Below, one piece after another: positions 26,986 to 35,423 of a stretch of 64,000 bases of DNA. Every line of letters begins with the position of its first letter. Within the stretch, counting starts at the first letter, position 1. Made by a program: the position numbers and the translations under genes. Where the stretch lies: positions 11,064 through 75,063 of the forward strand of contig JBBDJY010000016.1 in NCBI GenBank assembly GCA_040879645.1. Reading direction: 5' to 3'. The DNA is from Minisyncoccota bacterium (GTDB lineage: Bacteria; Patescibacteriota; Minisyncoccia; Phycocordibacterales; XYD1-FULL-46-19). Under the pieces are notes generated by a model. That model was not told where the DNA came from and ran no database searches. It saw only the letters and a list, made by a program, of their open reading frames with translations.

Positions 26986-28905
26986 ATGATTGTTTCCTAT
27001 AACTGGCTAAAAGAATATTTTGTTGATGATTTGCCGGCGCCGACAGAAGTGGCGGCCGCTTTAACCAAGTATGCCTTTGAAGTGGAATCATTGACCGAAA
27101 AAGACGGTGATACAATCCTTGATATTGATGTCTTACCCAATCGGGCTCATGACTGTTTGAGTCATGACGGTATTGCTCGTGAATTGTCGGCCAGTTTAAA
27201 CCTTCCGCTTAAAAAGATCGAGTTAACCGAGTCGGTCGAAGACGATACCCTTCCGACTTTGACGGTTAAAACCACTGACGAAGCTTGCCGACTATATTTG
27301 GGTCGGCGGACTAATCAGGTGACGGTCAAGTCGTCGCCGGCTTGGCTTAAAAATCGCTTGGCGGTGCTTGGTCAGCGTTCTATTAATACGGTGATTGATG
27401 CCGCCAATTTGACGATGCTGGCCACCGGCCAGCCCCTGCATGTATTTGACGCCGACAAAGTATCCGGGGCGATAACGGTTAGGCGGGCCAAGCGGGGCGA
27501 AGTAGTGGTGACTTTAGACGGTGACGAAATTGAATTACCCAATGAGACCTTGGTCATTGCCGATGATGACGACATTCTCGCCATTGCCGGCATTAAGGGT
27601 GGCCGAAAAGCGGCGGTATCGCTTGAAACCAAAAATCTCATTTTGGAATCGGCCAATTTTGCACCGGTGGTTATTCGGCGGACCAGTCAGAAGATAAATT
27701 TGCGGACGGATGCTTCCAAGCGTTTTGAAAACGATTTGCCGTTAAGCAGTGCTCGCCTCGGCTTAGACAGGCTAACCGCTTTGATTATTTCTTTAACCGA
27801 AGACAAGGGCGACGCCGACCGGCCGATGGCCGGTCCGGTGGTGGAGTTTTCTCGAGAATCAGAAACAATCAATAAGATAGATATTTCGGCCAACTTGGTT
27901 TCCGACTATCTCGGCCTGCCACTTAATGAAGATGATATTTCTGATATTTTGCATCGTTTGGATTTCGCTTTTTCTTTAACCGACGGCATTTTTACCGTTT
28001 GGCCGCCGGCCGAACGCTTAGACCTCTTATTGCCGGCTGACTTGGTCGAAGAGATTGGCCGTTTGCATGGTTATGAAAATATTCCGAGTGTCTTGCCGAC
28101 CAGAACCGAGCCGGCCGATGATGATTTGATGTTTTTGGCGGCGATGAAAGTCCGCGCCGTTTTGTTGGCCGAAAATTTTAGCGAGCATTACGGTTATGCT
28201 TTTACGAAGAAAGGTGAATTAAAAGTAAAAAATCCTTTAGCTAAAAATCGGCCGGCTTTGCGACTTAATTTGACCGATGAATTGACGGAAAAAACCAAAC
28301 GCAATACCGAGCATTTACTGTTTGACAGCGAAGCCGTTTTCTTGTTTGAAATCGGTACTATTTGGCCGGCCGGTCGGGAAGAAATGTCAGTCGGTTTAAG
28401 TGTTGCCTATCGTCGGCCGAAACAAAACAACAGCCGAGAAATAATTGAAAAGGCCTTGCGAGTACTGGAAAAAGCTTTTAACCTTAAGGACAAATTGTCG
28501 GTCTCCGAATTGGCCGACGACCTGTCAACCACGGTGGCCTTTCCTTTAACCGCTCTTGTTACCTCCGGAGATGATTCACCGGCTGATTTGGGGCCGTATC
28601 TCAAACCAAACGCTCGGTTTACGCCGATTATTAATTATCCGCGTATTATTCGTGATGTCGCCATTTTTGTGCCGGCGGAAATAGTGCCGGACAAAGTGGC
28701 CGCGGCCATCCTCGAACCGGCCGGTCCGCTTTTGGTCCACGGCCCGGTGTTATTTGATGATTTTACTAAAGACGGTCGGCGGTCGCTGGCTTGGCGTTTG
28801 GTCTTTCAATCGACCGAGCGGACTTTGGCGGATGAGGAAGTCAATGATATTATGACTAAAGTGACAAATCATTTGGAAAAAAATAACGGCTGGCAGGTAA
28901 GATAG
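26986..28905 (+). CDS. pheT: Phenylalanine--tRNA ligase beta subunit (short form, 639 aa)
   Basis: MIVSYNWLKEY B1-domain start; B3/B4 and C-terminal motifs; immediately follows pheS. Confidence 0.85.
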   Translation: MIVSYNWLKEYFVDDLPAPTEVAAALTKYAFEVESLTEKDGDTILDIDVLPNRAHDCLSHDGIARELSASLNLPLKKIELTESVEDDTLPTLTVKTTDEACRLYLGRRTNQVTVKSSPAWLKNRLAVLGQRSINTVIDAANLTMLATGQPLHVFDADKVSGAITVRRAKRGEVVVTLDGDEIELPNETLVIADDDDILAIAGIKGGRKAAVSLETKNLILESANFAPVVIRRTSQKINLRTDASKRFENDLPLSSARLGLDRLTALIISLTEDKGDADRPMAGPVVEFSRESETINKIDISANLVSDYLGLPLNEDDISDILHRLDFAFSLTDGIFTVWPPAERLDLLLPADLVEEIGRLHGYENIPSVLPTRTEPADDDLMFLAAMKVRAVLLAENFSEHYGYAFTKKGELKVKNPLAKNRPALRLNLTDELTEKTKRNTEHLLFDSEAVFLFEIGTIWPAGREEMSVGLSVAYRRPKQNNSREIIEKALRVLEKAFNLKDKLSVSELADDLSTTVAFPLTALVTSGDDSPADLGPYLKPNARFTPIINYPRIIRDVAIFVPAEIVPDKVAAAILEPAGPLLVHGPVLFDDFTKDGRRSLAWRLVFQSTERTLADEEVNDIMTKVTNHLEKNNGWQVR

Positions 28906-29097
28906 TTATGATCAAGTTTATTTCTCAAGTTTTTTCTTTTGCCTACAATCTGATTCTTTTTTCGTTTTGGCTATCCTATTTGGCCTATCAAAAAGTTAAA
29001 GCACGGGGAGAGGAAGAAGAGTAGGTAAAATAAGATTGTTTGTTGTATTTTAAATTTTAGTTTACACAAACGGCCGTTTCGGCCATACTGTGATTAT

Positions 29098-29475
29098 ATG
29101 CCACTATTAAATGATTTCAGATGTGATAAGTGTGATTTTGAACTACCTTCAGGTTGGGGAGGATATACATATGTTATAAATCAAAAAGGCGATAGGATAC
29201 ACTGTCCTCATCCCGGAGAAAGAGACAAGATCAAGGAAATATTGGGTTACCGCAGATTTTTTGAGTATTTTATAAATAGGCGGATTGGCTTTCATTCAGA
29301 TTGTGTTTGTTTGGATTGTCTCAGCCAATTTAATTTAGATATAAAAAAAGATAAAATCGAATGTTCATTTTGTCGTTCTAATAACATAAAAACAGAATCA
29401 GATATGGTTGGACAAATTTGTCCTAAGTGCAAGGTAGGTACTGTTAGAGAAATCTATACTGGTTCTATGTGTTAG
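29098..29475 (+). CDS. Cys-rich hypothetical protein with several CxxC zinc-ribbon-like pairs, in an AT-rich islet
   Basis: CDKC, CLDC, CSFC and CPKC pairs in translation; local AT-rich composition from 28906 to 29700. Confidence 0.45.
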   Translation: MPLLNDFRCDKCDFELPSGWGGYTYVINQKGDRIHCPHPGERDKIKEILGYRRFFEYFINRRIGFHSDCVCLDCLSQFNLDIKKDKIECSFCRSNNIKTESDMVGQICPKCKVGTVREIYTGSMC

Positions 29476-29746
29476 ATGTTCTTTATTTTTTATTTCACTT
29501 AAATTTTGAAAAAATTTAATAAAATTAACAAAACTAAATAGTTGTTCCAACTATGCCTAATAGGAATATAATCGGAGTCTCGGGCTTGAAAGTAATAGCC
29601 GGTCAATGCCGGCAATTCTTTGATGATCTGTTTTAATCGGGAGTTTCAATCAATGGATAGCCAAATCAGGCCTAAAATCAGGCGTTTTTGACCGGGAAAA
29701 TCACTTCTCTTTTTTGGGTAAATATGCTAGAATAGAGGGTATAAAT

Positions 29747-32299
29747 ATGGCCAAGAAAGATAATTCAGAGGCAAAAAAAAGCCGTAAATATACGGCTGAT
29801 AATATTGTTGTTTTGGAAGGATTGGAACCGGTCCGCAAACGCCCGGGGATGTATATCGGCTCCACCGGTCCGGACGGACTGCATCACCTGTTGGTAGAGA
29901 TTTTTGATAATGCCCGAGACGAGGCGATGAACGGCTATGCCGACGAGATTGAGGTCGCCCTTCTGCCTGACGGGGCGGTGCGGGTAGTGGACAACGGTAA
30001 TGGGATTCCGGTAGAAATCCACAAAAAGACTAAAGTTTCCACCTTGGAAACGGTGATGACGGTATTGCATGCCGGCGGTAAATTTGGCGGTGACGGTTAC
30101 AAAATTTCCGGCGGTTTACACGGTGTCGGCGCCTCAGTCGTCAATGCTTTGTCGGAATACTTGGTGGCCGAAGTCCATCGCGACGGCGGTAAATTCAGTC
30201 AGGAGTACAAACAGGGAATTAAAAAAGCCAAAGTAAAAAAAGTCGCTTCGTCCAAACTTTCCGGCACGGTGATTACTTTCAAGCCCGACAAAACAATTTT
30301 TTCCGAAACCGAATATGATTGGCAACGGGTCGTCAGTCATTTGCGTGGTCAGGCTTATTTGGTCAAAGGTTTGCGGATCAGAGTAATCGATGCTCGGCTG
30401 GTGACCGAAAAAATCAATACCGACGATGTCTTTTTCTTGAGTGAATTGGGTTTGGAAGCACCGTCCCGGACTTTCTATTTTGAAGGCGGACTTTTGTCTT
30501 TTGTTAAATTTCAAAACCAAGACGAAAAACCGGTCCACAAAAATATTTTCTACGTGGAAAAAGAAGCGAGTGAGGTGACGGTCGAGATTGCCCTGCAGTA
30601 TATTGATGATATTTCTCCGCGAGAAATCAGCTATACCAATAATACGATCACCCCGGAAGGAGGGATGCACTTGACCGGTTTTCGTACCGCTTTGACCCGA
30701 ACCTTAAATGATTATGCGCGGAAGAATAATTTAATTAAAGACAAGGAAGAGAATTTTACCGGTGATGATGTCCGTGAGGGGATTGTCGTTGTTGTTTCGG
30801 TCAAGTTGCGCGATCCGCAATTTGAAGGCCAGACCAAAGCCAAATTGGGCAGTGTGGAAGCCCGCAGTGCCACCGATTCGGTTTTTGGTGAAGCCTTCTC
30901 GATGTTTTTAGAGGAACATCCGGAAGACGCCAAGCAAATTATCGGCAAAGTCACTTTGGCGCTTAAGGCCCGCAAGGCGGCCAAGGCGGCCAAGGATTCG
31001 GTTTTGCGCAAGGGGGCGTTGGAAGGCCTGACTTTGCCGGGAAAACTCGCTGACTGCCAAACCCGTGATGCCTCCGAATCGGAATTGTTTATCGTCGAAG
31101 GCGATTCGGCCGGTGGATGTTTTTTAGGTGATACGAAAGTAGCATTAACCGATGGCCGAGAAGTGTCTTTTAAGGAATTGGTAGAGGAAGATAAAGCCGG
31201 TAAACAAAATTATTGTTATACCATTTCTAATGATGGCCGAGTAGCGGTTGGTCAGATTAAGCATCCCCGTATTACCAAGAGAAATACCGAAGTTATTAAG
31301 GTTATTTTAGATAATGAAGCGGAAATTGAATGTACTCCTGATCATCGTTTTATGCTTCGTGACGGTAGTTTCCGTCAAGCCCGTGAGTTAAAACCCGATG
31401 ATTCTTTGATGCCTCTCTATCGAAAAGTTTCTGAAAAAGGCGGACGAATCACTATTGCCGGATATGAAATGGTTATGAGTCCCGGTCTTAACCACCGAGT
31501 CAAGGCCGTGATAGCTGAGAATAAATTTGCTGATGTTTACGATATCGAAGTGCCGGGGACTCATAATTTTGCTTTAGCCGGCGGAGTTTTTGTTCATAAT
31601 TCAAGTAAACAAGGTCGGGATCGGCGGACGCAGGCGATTTTGCCGTTGCGGGGGAAGATTTTAAATGTTGAACGGGCGCGCTTGGACAAGATGCTTGCCT
31701 CGAAAGAAATCAAATCGCTGGTTATCGCCATTGGGGCGGCGATTGGCGATACTTTTAATATTGCCAAATTACGCTATCACAAGATTATCATCGCCACTGA
31801 CGCTGATGTGGACGGCGCGCACATTCGAACATTACTCTTGACCCTCTTTTACCGCTATTATAAGCCCTTGATTGAAGGTGGTTTTATCTATGTTGCTCAA
31901 CCACCGCTTTATAAAATCAAGAAAGGCAAAACGGTGGAATACGCCTATACCGAAGAAGGTAAAAGTCAAATTATTAAAAAACTTGGTGCCAATCCGGCGA
32001 TTGAAATGGAGGTGGCCGATGAGAGTGATGGCGAAATTGAAATAACCGAAGATGAAGCGGAAGAAAAAGCCGCCAAATCATCGAAAATCGGTCTCCAGCG
32101 CTACAAGGGTCTGGGTGAAATGAATCCGGAAGAACTATGGGAGACAACGATGAATCCCGACAGTCGAGTCTTAAAACAAGTAACCATCAATGAAGCCGAA
32201 GAGGCCGACAAAACTTTTGATGTTTTAATGGGTAATGAGGTTGAACCGCGCCGGTTGTTTATTCAAACCCATGCCAAGTTGGCCAAGGTGGATGTTTAA
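29747..32299 (+). CDS. gyrB: DNA gyrase subunit B containing a 161-aa mini-intein
   Basis: GyrB ATPase and Toprim motifs; extein junction EGDSAGG|[intein]|SSKQGRDR; ORF from 29714, likely ATG 29747. Confidence 0.9.
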   Translation: MAKKDNSEAKKSRKYTADNIVVLEGLEPVRKRPGMYIGSTGPDGLHHLLVEIFDNARDEAMNGYADEIEVALLPDGAVRVVDNGNGIPVEIHKKTKVSTLETVMTVLHAGGKFGGDGYKISGGLHGVGASVVNALSEYLVAEVHRDGGKFSQEYKQGIKKAKVKKVASSKLSGTVITFKPDKTIFSETEYDWQRVVSHLRGQAYLVKGLRIRVIDARLVTEKINTDDVFFLSELGLEAPSRTFYFEGGLLSFVKFQNQDEKPVHKNIFYVEKEASEVTVEIALQYIDDISPREISYTNNTITPEGGMHLTGFRTALTRTLNDYARKNNLIKDKEENFTGDDVREGIVVVVSVKLRDPQFEGQTKAKLGSVEARSATDSVFGEAFSMFLEEHPEDAKQIIGKVTLALKARKAAKAAKDSVLRKGALEGLTLPGKLADCQTRDASESELFIVEGDSAGGCFLGDTKVALTDGREVSFKELVEEDKAGKQNYCYTISNDGRVAVGQIKHPRITKRNTEVIKVILDNEAEIECTPDHRFMLRDGSFRQARELKPDDSLMPLYRKVSEKGGRITIAGYEMVMSPGLNHRVKAVIAENKFADVYDIEVPGTHNFALAGGVFVHNSSKQGRDRRTQAILPLRGKILNVERARLDKMLASKEIKSLVIAIGAAIGDTFNIAKLRYHKIIIATDADVDGAHIRTLLLTLFYRYYKPLIEGGFIYVAQPPLYKIKKGKTVEYAYTEEGKSQIIKKLGANPAIEMEVADESDGEIEITEDEAEEKAAKSSKIGLQRYKGLGEMNPEELWETTMNPDSRVLKQVTINEAEEADKTFDVLMGNEVEPRRLFIQTHAKLAKVDV
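31118..31600 (+). other. Mini-intein inside gyrB (Cys1 ... His-Asn, with +1 Ser); no homing endonuclease domain
   Basis: Block A CFLGDTKVAL, block B TPDHRF, blocks F/G VYDIEVPGTHNFALAGGVFVHN|S; 483 nt in frame. Confidence 0.8.
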
Positions 32300-32343
32300 C
32301 TCCCTTGATTAAGGATAAAAATTAATGTTACCATCGGAACAAT

Positions 32344-32544
32344 ATGACTACACAAGAATTAGAAAAATTAAACAGATTAGAAAAAGAAGTAAAAGTCCTA
32401 AAAACTTTAGTGGCTAATATCGTGCCTTTTGATAATGAGGGAGAGTATAAAAAATCTTTTGAAAATGAGATGAAGAAACTTTCAAAAGAAAAGACCATTT
32501 TCGAATATTCCGAAAAAGGAAGCTTAATTAAAAATCTTGCTTAA
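32344..32544 (+). CDS. Putative antitoxin (66 aa) of a RelE/ParE toxin-antitoxin pair
   Basis: Small ORF whose stop overlaps the toxin start (TAAATG); AT-rich islet. Confidence 0.5.
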   Translation: MTTQELEKLNRLEKEVKVLKTLVANIVPFDNEGEYKKSFENEMKKLSKEKTIFEYSEKGSLIKNLA

Positions 32545-32814
32545 ATGTATCGGATTTTATTTACAGCTAAATCAATCAAGTCGCTAAAAAAACTTCCTAA
32601 ATCCATTCAAGCGAAAACCGATTTATTAGTTGATATTCTGATTATTGATTATCGAGATAATCGGCTAAAGGCCAAAAAATTAAATACTAATCAATCATTA
32701 TTTTCTTTTAGAGTAACAAAAGACTATAGAGTGGTTTTTATGTTTGCAAATAGCTCAACTATTAAAGTTTTAGATATTAAACATCGGAAAGATATCTATA
32801 AAAAATTAAAATAA
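32545..32814 (+). CDS. RelE/ParE-family type II toxin
   Basis: Pattern YRILFTAKSIKSLKKL...FRVTKDYRVVF..IKVLDIKHRKDIYK typical of the RelE/ParE fold. Confidence 0.65.
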   Translation: MYRILFTAKSIKSLKKLPKSIQAKTDLLVDILIIDYRDNRLKAKKLNTNQSLFSFRVTKDYRVVFMFANSSTIKVLDIKHRKDIYKKLK

Positions 32815-32828
32815 ATAGAAGGCAAGAG

Positions 32829-34583
32829 TTAGTCCTCAGTTTCTATTTTATCTAAAAATTCAGCCAAAGTCATTTGGGTGCTTTGGCCCGAATCACGGTC
32901 TTCGACGGTGATTTTTTTGTCAGTCATTTCTTTGTCGCCCAAGACGAATAAGTAGGGGACTTTTTGCATTTTGGCGGTGCGGATTTTTTTGCCTAAAGTG
33001 TCATTATTTTCGTCCAATTCAATTCGGACATTTTTTTCGCGCAATTGAGCGGCAATTTCTTTGGCGTAATCCGAATGTTTGTCGCCAATAGGGATGATTT
33101 TTACCTGAATCGGTGATAGCCAAAAAGGGAAAGCCCCGGCAAAATGTTCAATCATAATGGCCATAAAGCGTTCGAGCGAACCGGCAATGGCCCGGTGGAT
33201 CATTACTGGCCGTTCCTCTTTACCGTCCGGTCCGACATAGGTCAGATCGAATCGTTCGGGCATGACAAAGTCCAATTGGGCGGTAGCCAATTGCCGTTCG
33301 CGACCCAAAGAATCTTTAAACATAAAATCAAGTTTCGGGCCGTAAAAAGCGGCTTCACCTTCCACTCGTTTAAAATCCAATTTGGCGTGGCGGGCGGCAT
33401 TTTCAAGTATTTTTTCGGCTTGGTCCCAAATTTTTTCTTCGCCCAGATAATCGGTTAATTTTTTACTGTCGCGGACCGACAATGAGACCCAGTAATTACC
33501 TTCTCGGAACATACCGAGAGTGGAATAAAATTCTTTAATGACGGTGATAATATTACCGATTTCGTTTTCAATTTGGTCAAAAGTACAGAAAACATGGCCG
33601 TCGTCTTGAGTAATACTTCTGACTCGGGCCAAGCCTAAAAGTTCCCCGGCTTGTTCGTCGCGATAGACCATTGTCGTTTCGGCAAAGCGAATCGGCAATT
33701 CTTTGTAACTGCGCATTTTGCCGGCATAGATTTGAGTGTGATGCGGGCAGTTCATCGGCTTCATCACAAATTCCGTTTCCGACATTCCGGTAACTCGGAA
33801 TAAATCGTCTTTGAATTTTTCCCAGTGGCCGGAAGTTTCGTAGAGATCTTTTTTGGTGATATGAGGAATGGTGACTTGTTCATAGCCAAAGCGGGATTGC
33901 AGTGTGTTGATCTTGTCCATAATCAGATTACGCATCAAGGTGCCTTTGGGTGTGAATAAAGGCAAGCCGGAGCCGACCAAATCGGAAAAGGTGAATAAGT
34001 CCAATTCTTTACCCAATTTGCGATGGTCGCGTTTTTCGGCTTCGGCCCGGTGGCTAATGAATTGTTCCAATTCTTGTTTATCGGCAAAAGCCAAACCATA
34101 GATGCGGATCAGCATTTTATTTTTTTCATCTCCGCGCCAGTAAGCGCCGGCGACGCGCTCCAATTTGAAACTGTCGGGCGGTATGGTTGCCAGATCATCA
34201 ATGTGGCCACCGGCACAAAGATCGATAAAAGCATGTTCCATTGGTCCGGATTCATAGGTCGTTAAAACTTGGCCGGTGGCGGTTAATTCTTCAATCAATT
34301 CCAGTTTATAGGGATTATCGCGATAGATATTTCGGGCTTGTTCGGGGGTCAGTTCTTGTCGGCGGAAATCATGCCAAGTCGGCAGAAGTTTTTTCATTTC
34401 TTGTTCAATCCGTGGCAGGTCTTTGTCGGAAATGGTTTTGGGTAGATCAAAGTCGTAATAAAAACCGGTGTCAATGGCCGGACCGATGGCCAACTTGGCC
34501 TCCGGATAGAGGTTTAGGACGGCGGCCGCCAGTAGATGAGCGAGGGAATGGCGACGGGCTTCCAAGTCATTTTGTTTATTCAT
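32829..34583 (-). CDS. thrS: Threonine--tRNA ligase (584 aa, lacking the N-terminal TGS domain)
   Basis: HSLAHLLAAAV editing-domain motif and class II core motifs. Confidence 0.85.
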   Translation of the reverse strand: MNKQNDLEARRHSLAHLLAAAVLNLYPEAKLAIGPAIDTGFYYDFDLPKTISDKDLPRIEQEMKKLLPTWHDFRRQELTPEQARNIYRDNPYKLELIEELTATGQVLTTYESGPMEHAFIDLCAGGHIDDLATIPPDSFKLERVAGAYWRGDEKNKMLIRIYGLAFADKQELEQFISHRAEAEKRDHRKLGKELDLFTFSDLVGSGLPLFTPKGTLMRNLIMDKINTLQSRFGYEQVTIPHITKKDLYETSGHWEKFKDDLFRVTGMSETEFVMKPMNCPHHTQIYAGKMRSYKELPIRFAETTMVYRDEQAGELLGLARVRSITQDDGHVFCTFDQIENEIGNIITVIKEFYSTLGMFREGNYWVSLSVRDSKKLTDYLGEEKIWDQAEKILENAARHAKLDFKRVEGEAAFYGPKLDFMFKDSLGRERQLATAQLDFVMPERFDLTYVGPDGKEERPVMIHRAIAGSLERFMAIMIEHFAGAFPFWLSPIQVKIIPIGDKHSDYAKEIAAQLREKNVRIELDENNDTLGKKIRTAKMQKVPYLFVLGDKEMTDKKITVEDRDSGQSTQMTLAEFLDKIETED

Positions 34584-34629
34584 AGGCCAATAATAGCAAG
34601 ATTTTTTGCTTTAGCCAAAGGGTGTTCTT

Positions 34630-34648
34630 AGTCGAGGTTGAACCTCGA
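34630..34648. repeat. REP palindrome GTCGAGGTTGAACCTCGAC upstream of the RAYT
   Basis: Direct reading. Confidence 0.85.
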
Positions 34649-34676
34649 CTAAGAAGTTATTATAATTTAACATAAC

Positions 34677-35423
34677 ATGAGCCGAAATTTTTCTTTCTCT
34701 ATTGATGAGTTCTATCACCTGTATAATCGTGGTAACGATAAGAGGGATATTTTTCTTGATTATCTAGATAGGGAGAGATTTTTAAAATTACTCTATCTTT
34801 GTAATGGTAAAAATGAATTTCATATTCAAAAAATTCTTGACGAGGAACTTTTTTATTTTAATCGAGGTGAGTCTATCGTTGATATTGGAGCTTATTGTTT
34901 GATGGATAATCATTATCATTTATTGGTTAAAGAAAAGATGGAAAATGGCATCAGTCTTTTTATGCAACGATTATCAACGGCATATTCTATGTATTTTAAT
35001 AAAAAACACGATAGAACAGGCGCTTTGTTTGCCGGTCGTTTTAAGGCCAAACATCTTGATGACGATGACTATTTAAAGTATATTTTTGCTTATATTCATT
35101 TAAATCCGATTAAAATAGTTGATGATTTTAGTTGGAAATCCGGAATAGTAAATGATCTGGAAAAGATTAAAAAACATTTGAGCGATTATCGTTATTCGAG
35201 TTACCAAGATTATCTGGAGATCAATCGAGCAGAAACAAGAATCCTGAATAAAGAATCCTTTCCGGAATATTTTGATGATGTTGAAGATTTTAAAAATTAT
35301 CTAGATGATTGGATCAATTACCGAAGAGAAGAATTAGTCGAGGTTGAACCTCGACCAACAAAGGGTCATTCAATCAACAGTCGAGGTTCAACCTCGACTA
35401 GAGTTCTTTCGCTGATTCGATAA
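34677..35423 (+). CDS. REP-associated tyrosine transposase (RAYT), second copy; its 3' end runs into a REP doublet
   Basis: HUH motif NHYHLLVKE; YRYSSYQDY tyrosine region; N-terminal YHLYNRG. Confidence 0.8.
   Translation: MSRNFSFSIDEFYHLYNRGNDKRDIFLDYLDRERFLKLLYLCNGKNEFHIQKILDEELFYFNRGESIVDIGAYCLMDNHYHLLVKEKMENGISLFMQRLSTAYSMYFNKKHDRTGALFAGRFKAKHLDDDDYLKYIFAYIHLNPIKIVDDFSWKSGIVNDLEKIKKHLSDYRYSSYQDYLEINRAETRILNKESFPEYFDDVEDFKNYLDDWINYRREELVEVEPRPTKGHSINSRGSTSTRVLSLIR
35337..35398. repeat. REP doublet (GTCGAGGTTGAACCTCGAC ... GTCGAGGTTCAACCTCGAC) overlapping the RAYT 3' end and containing the dnaE stop codon
   Basis: Direct reading. Confidence 0.85.
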
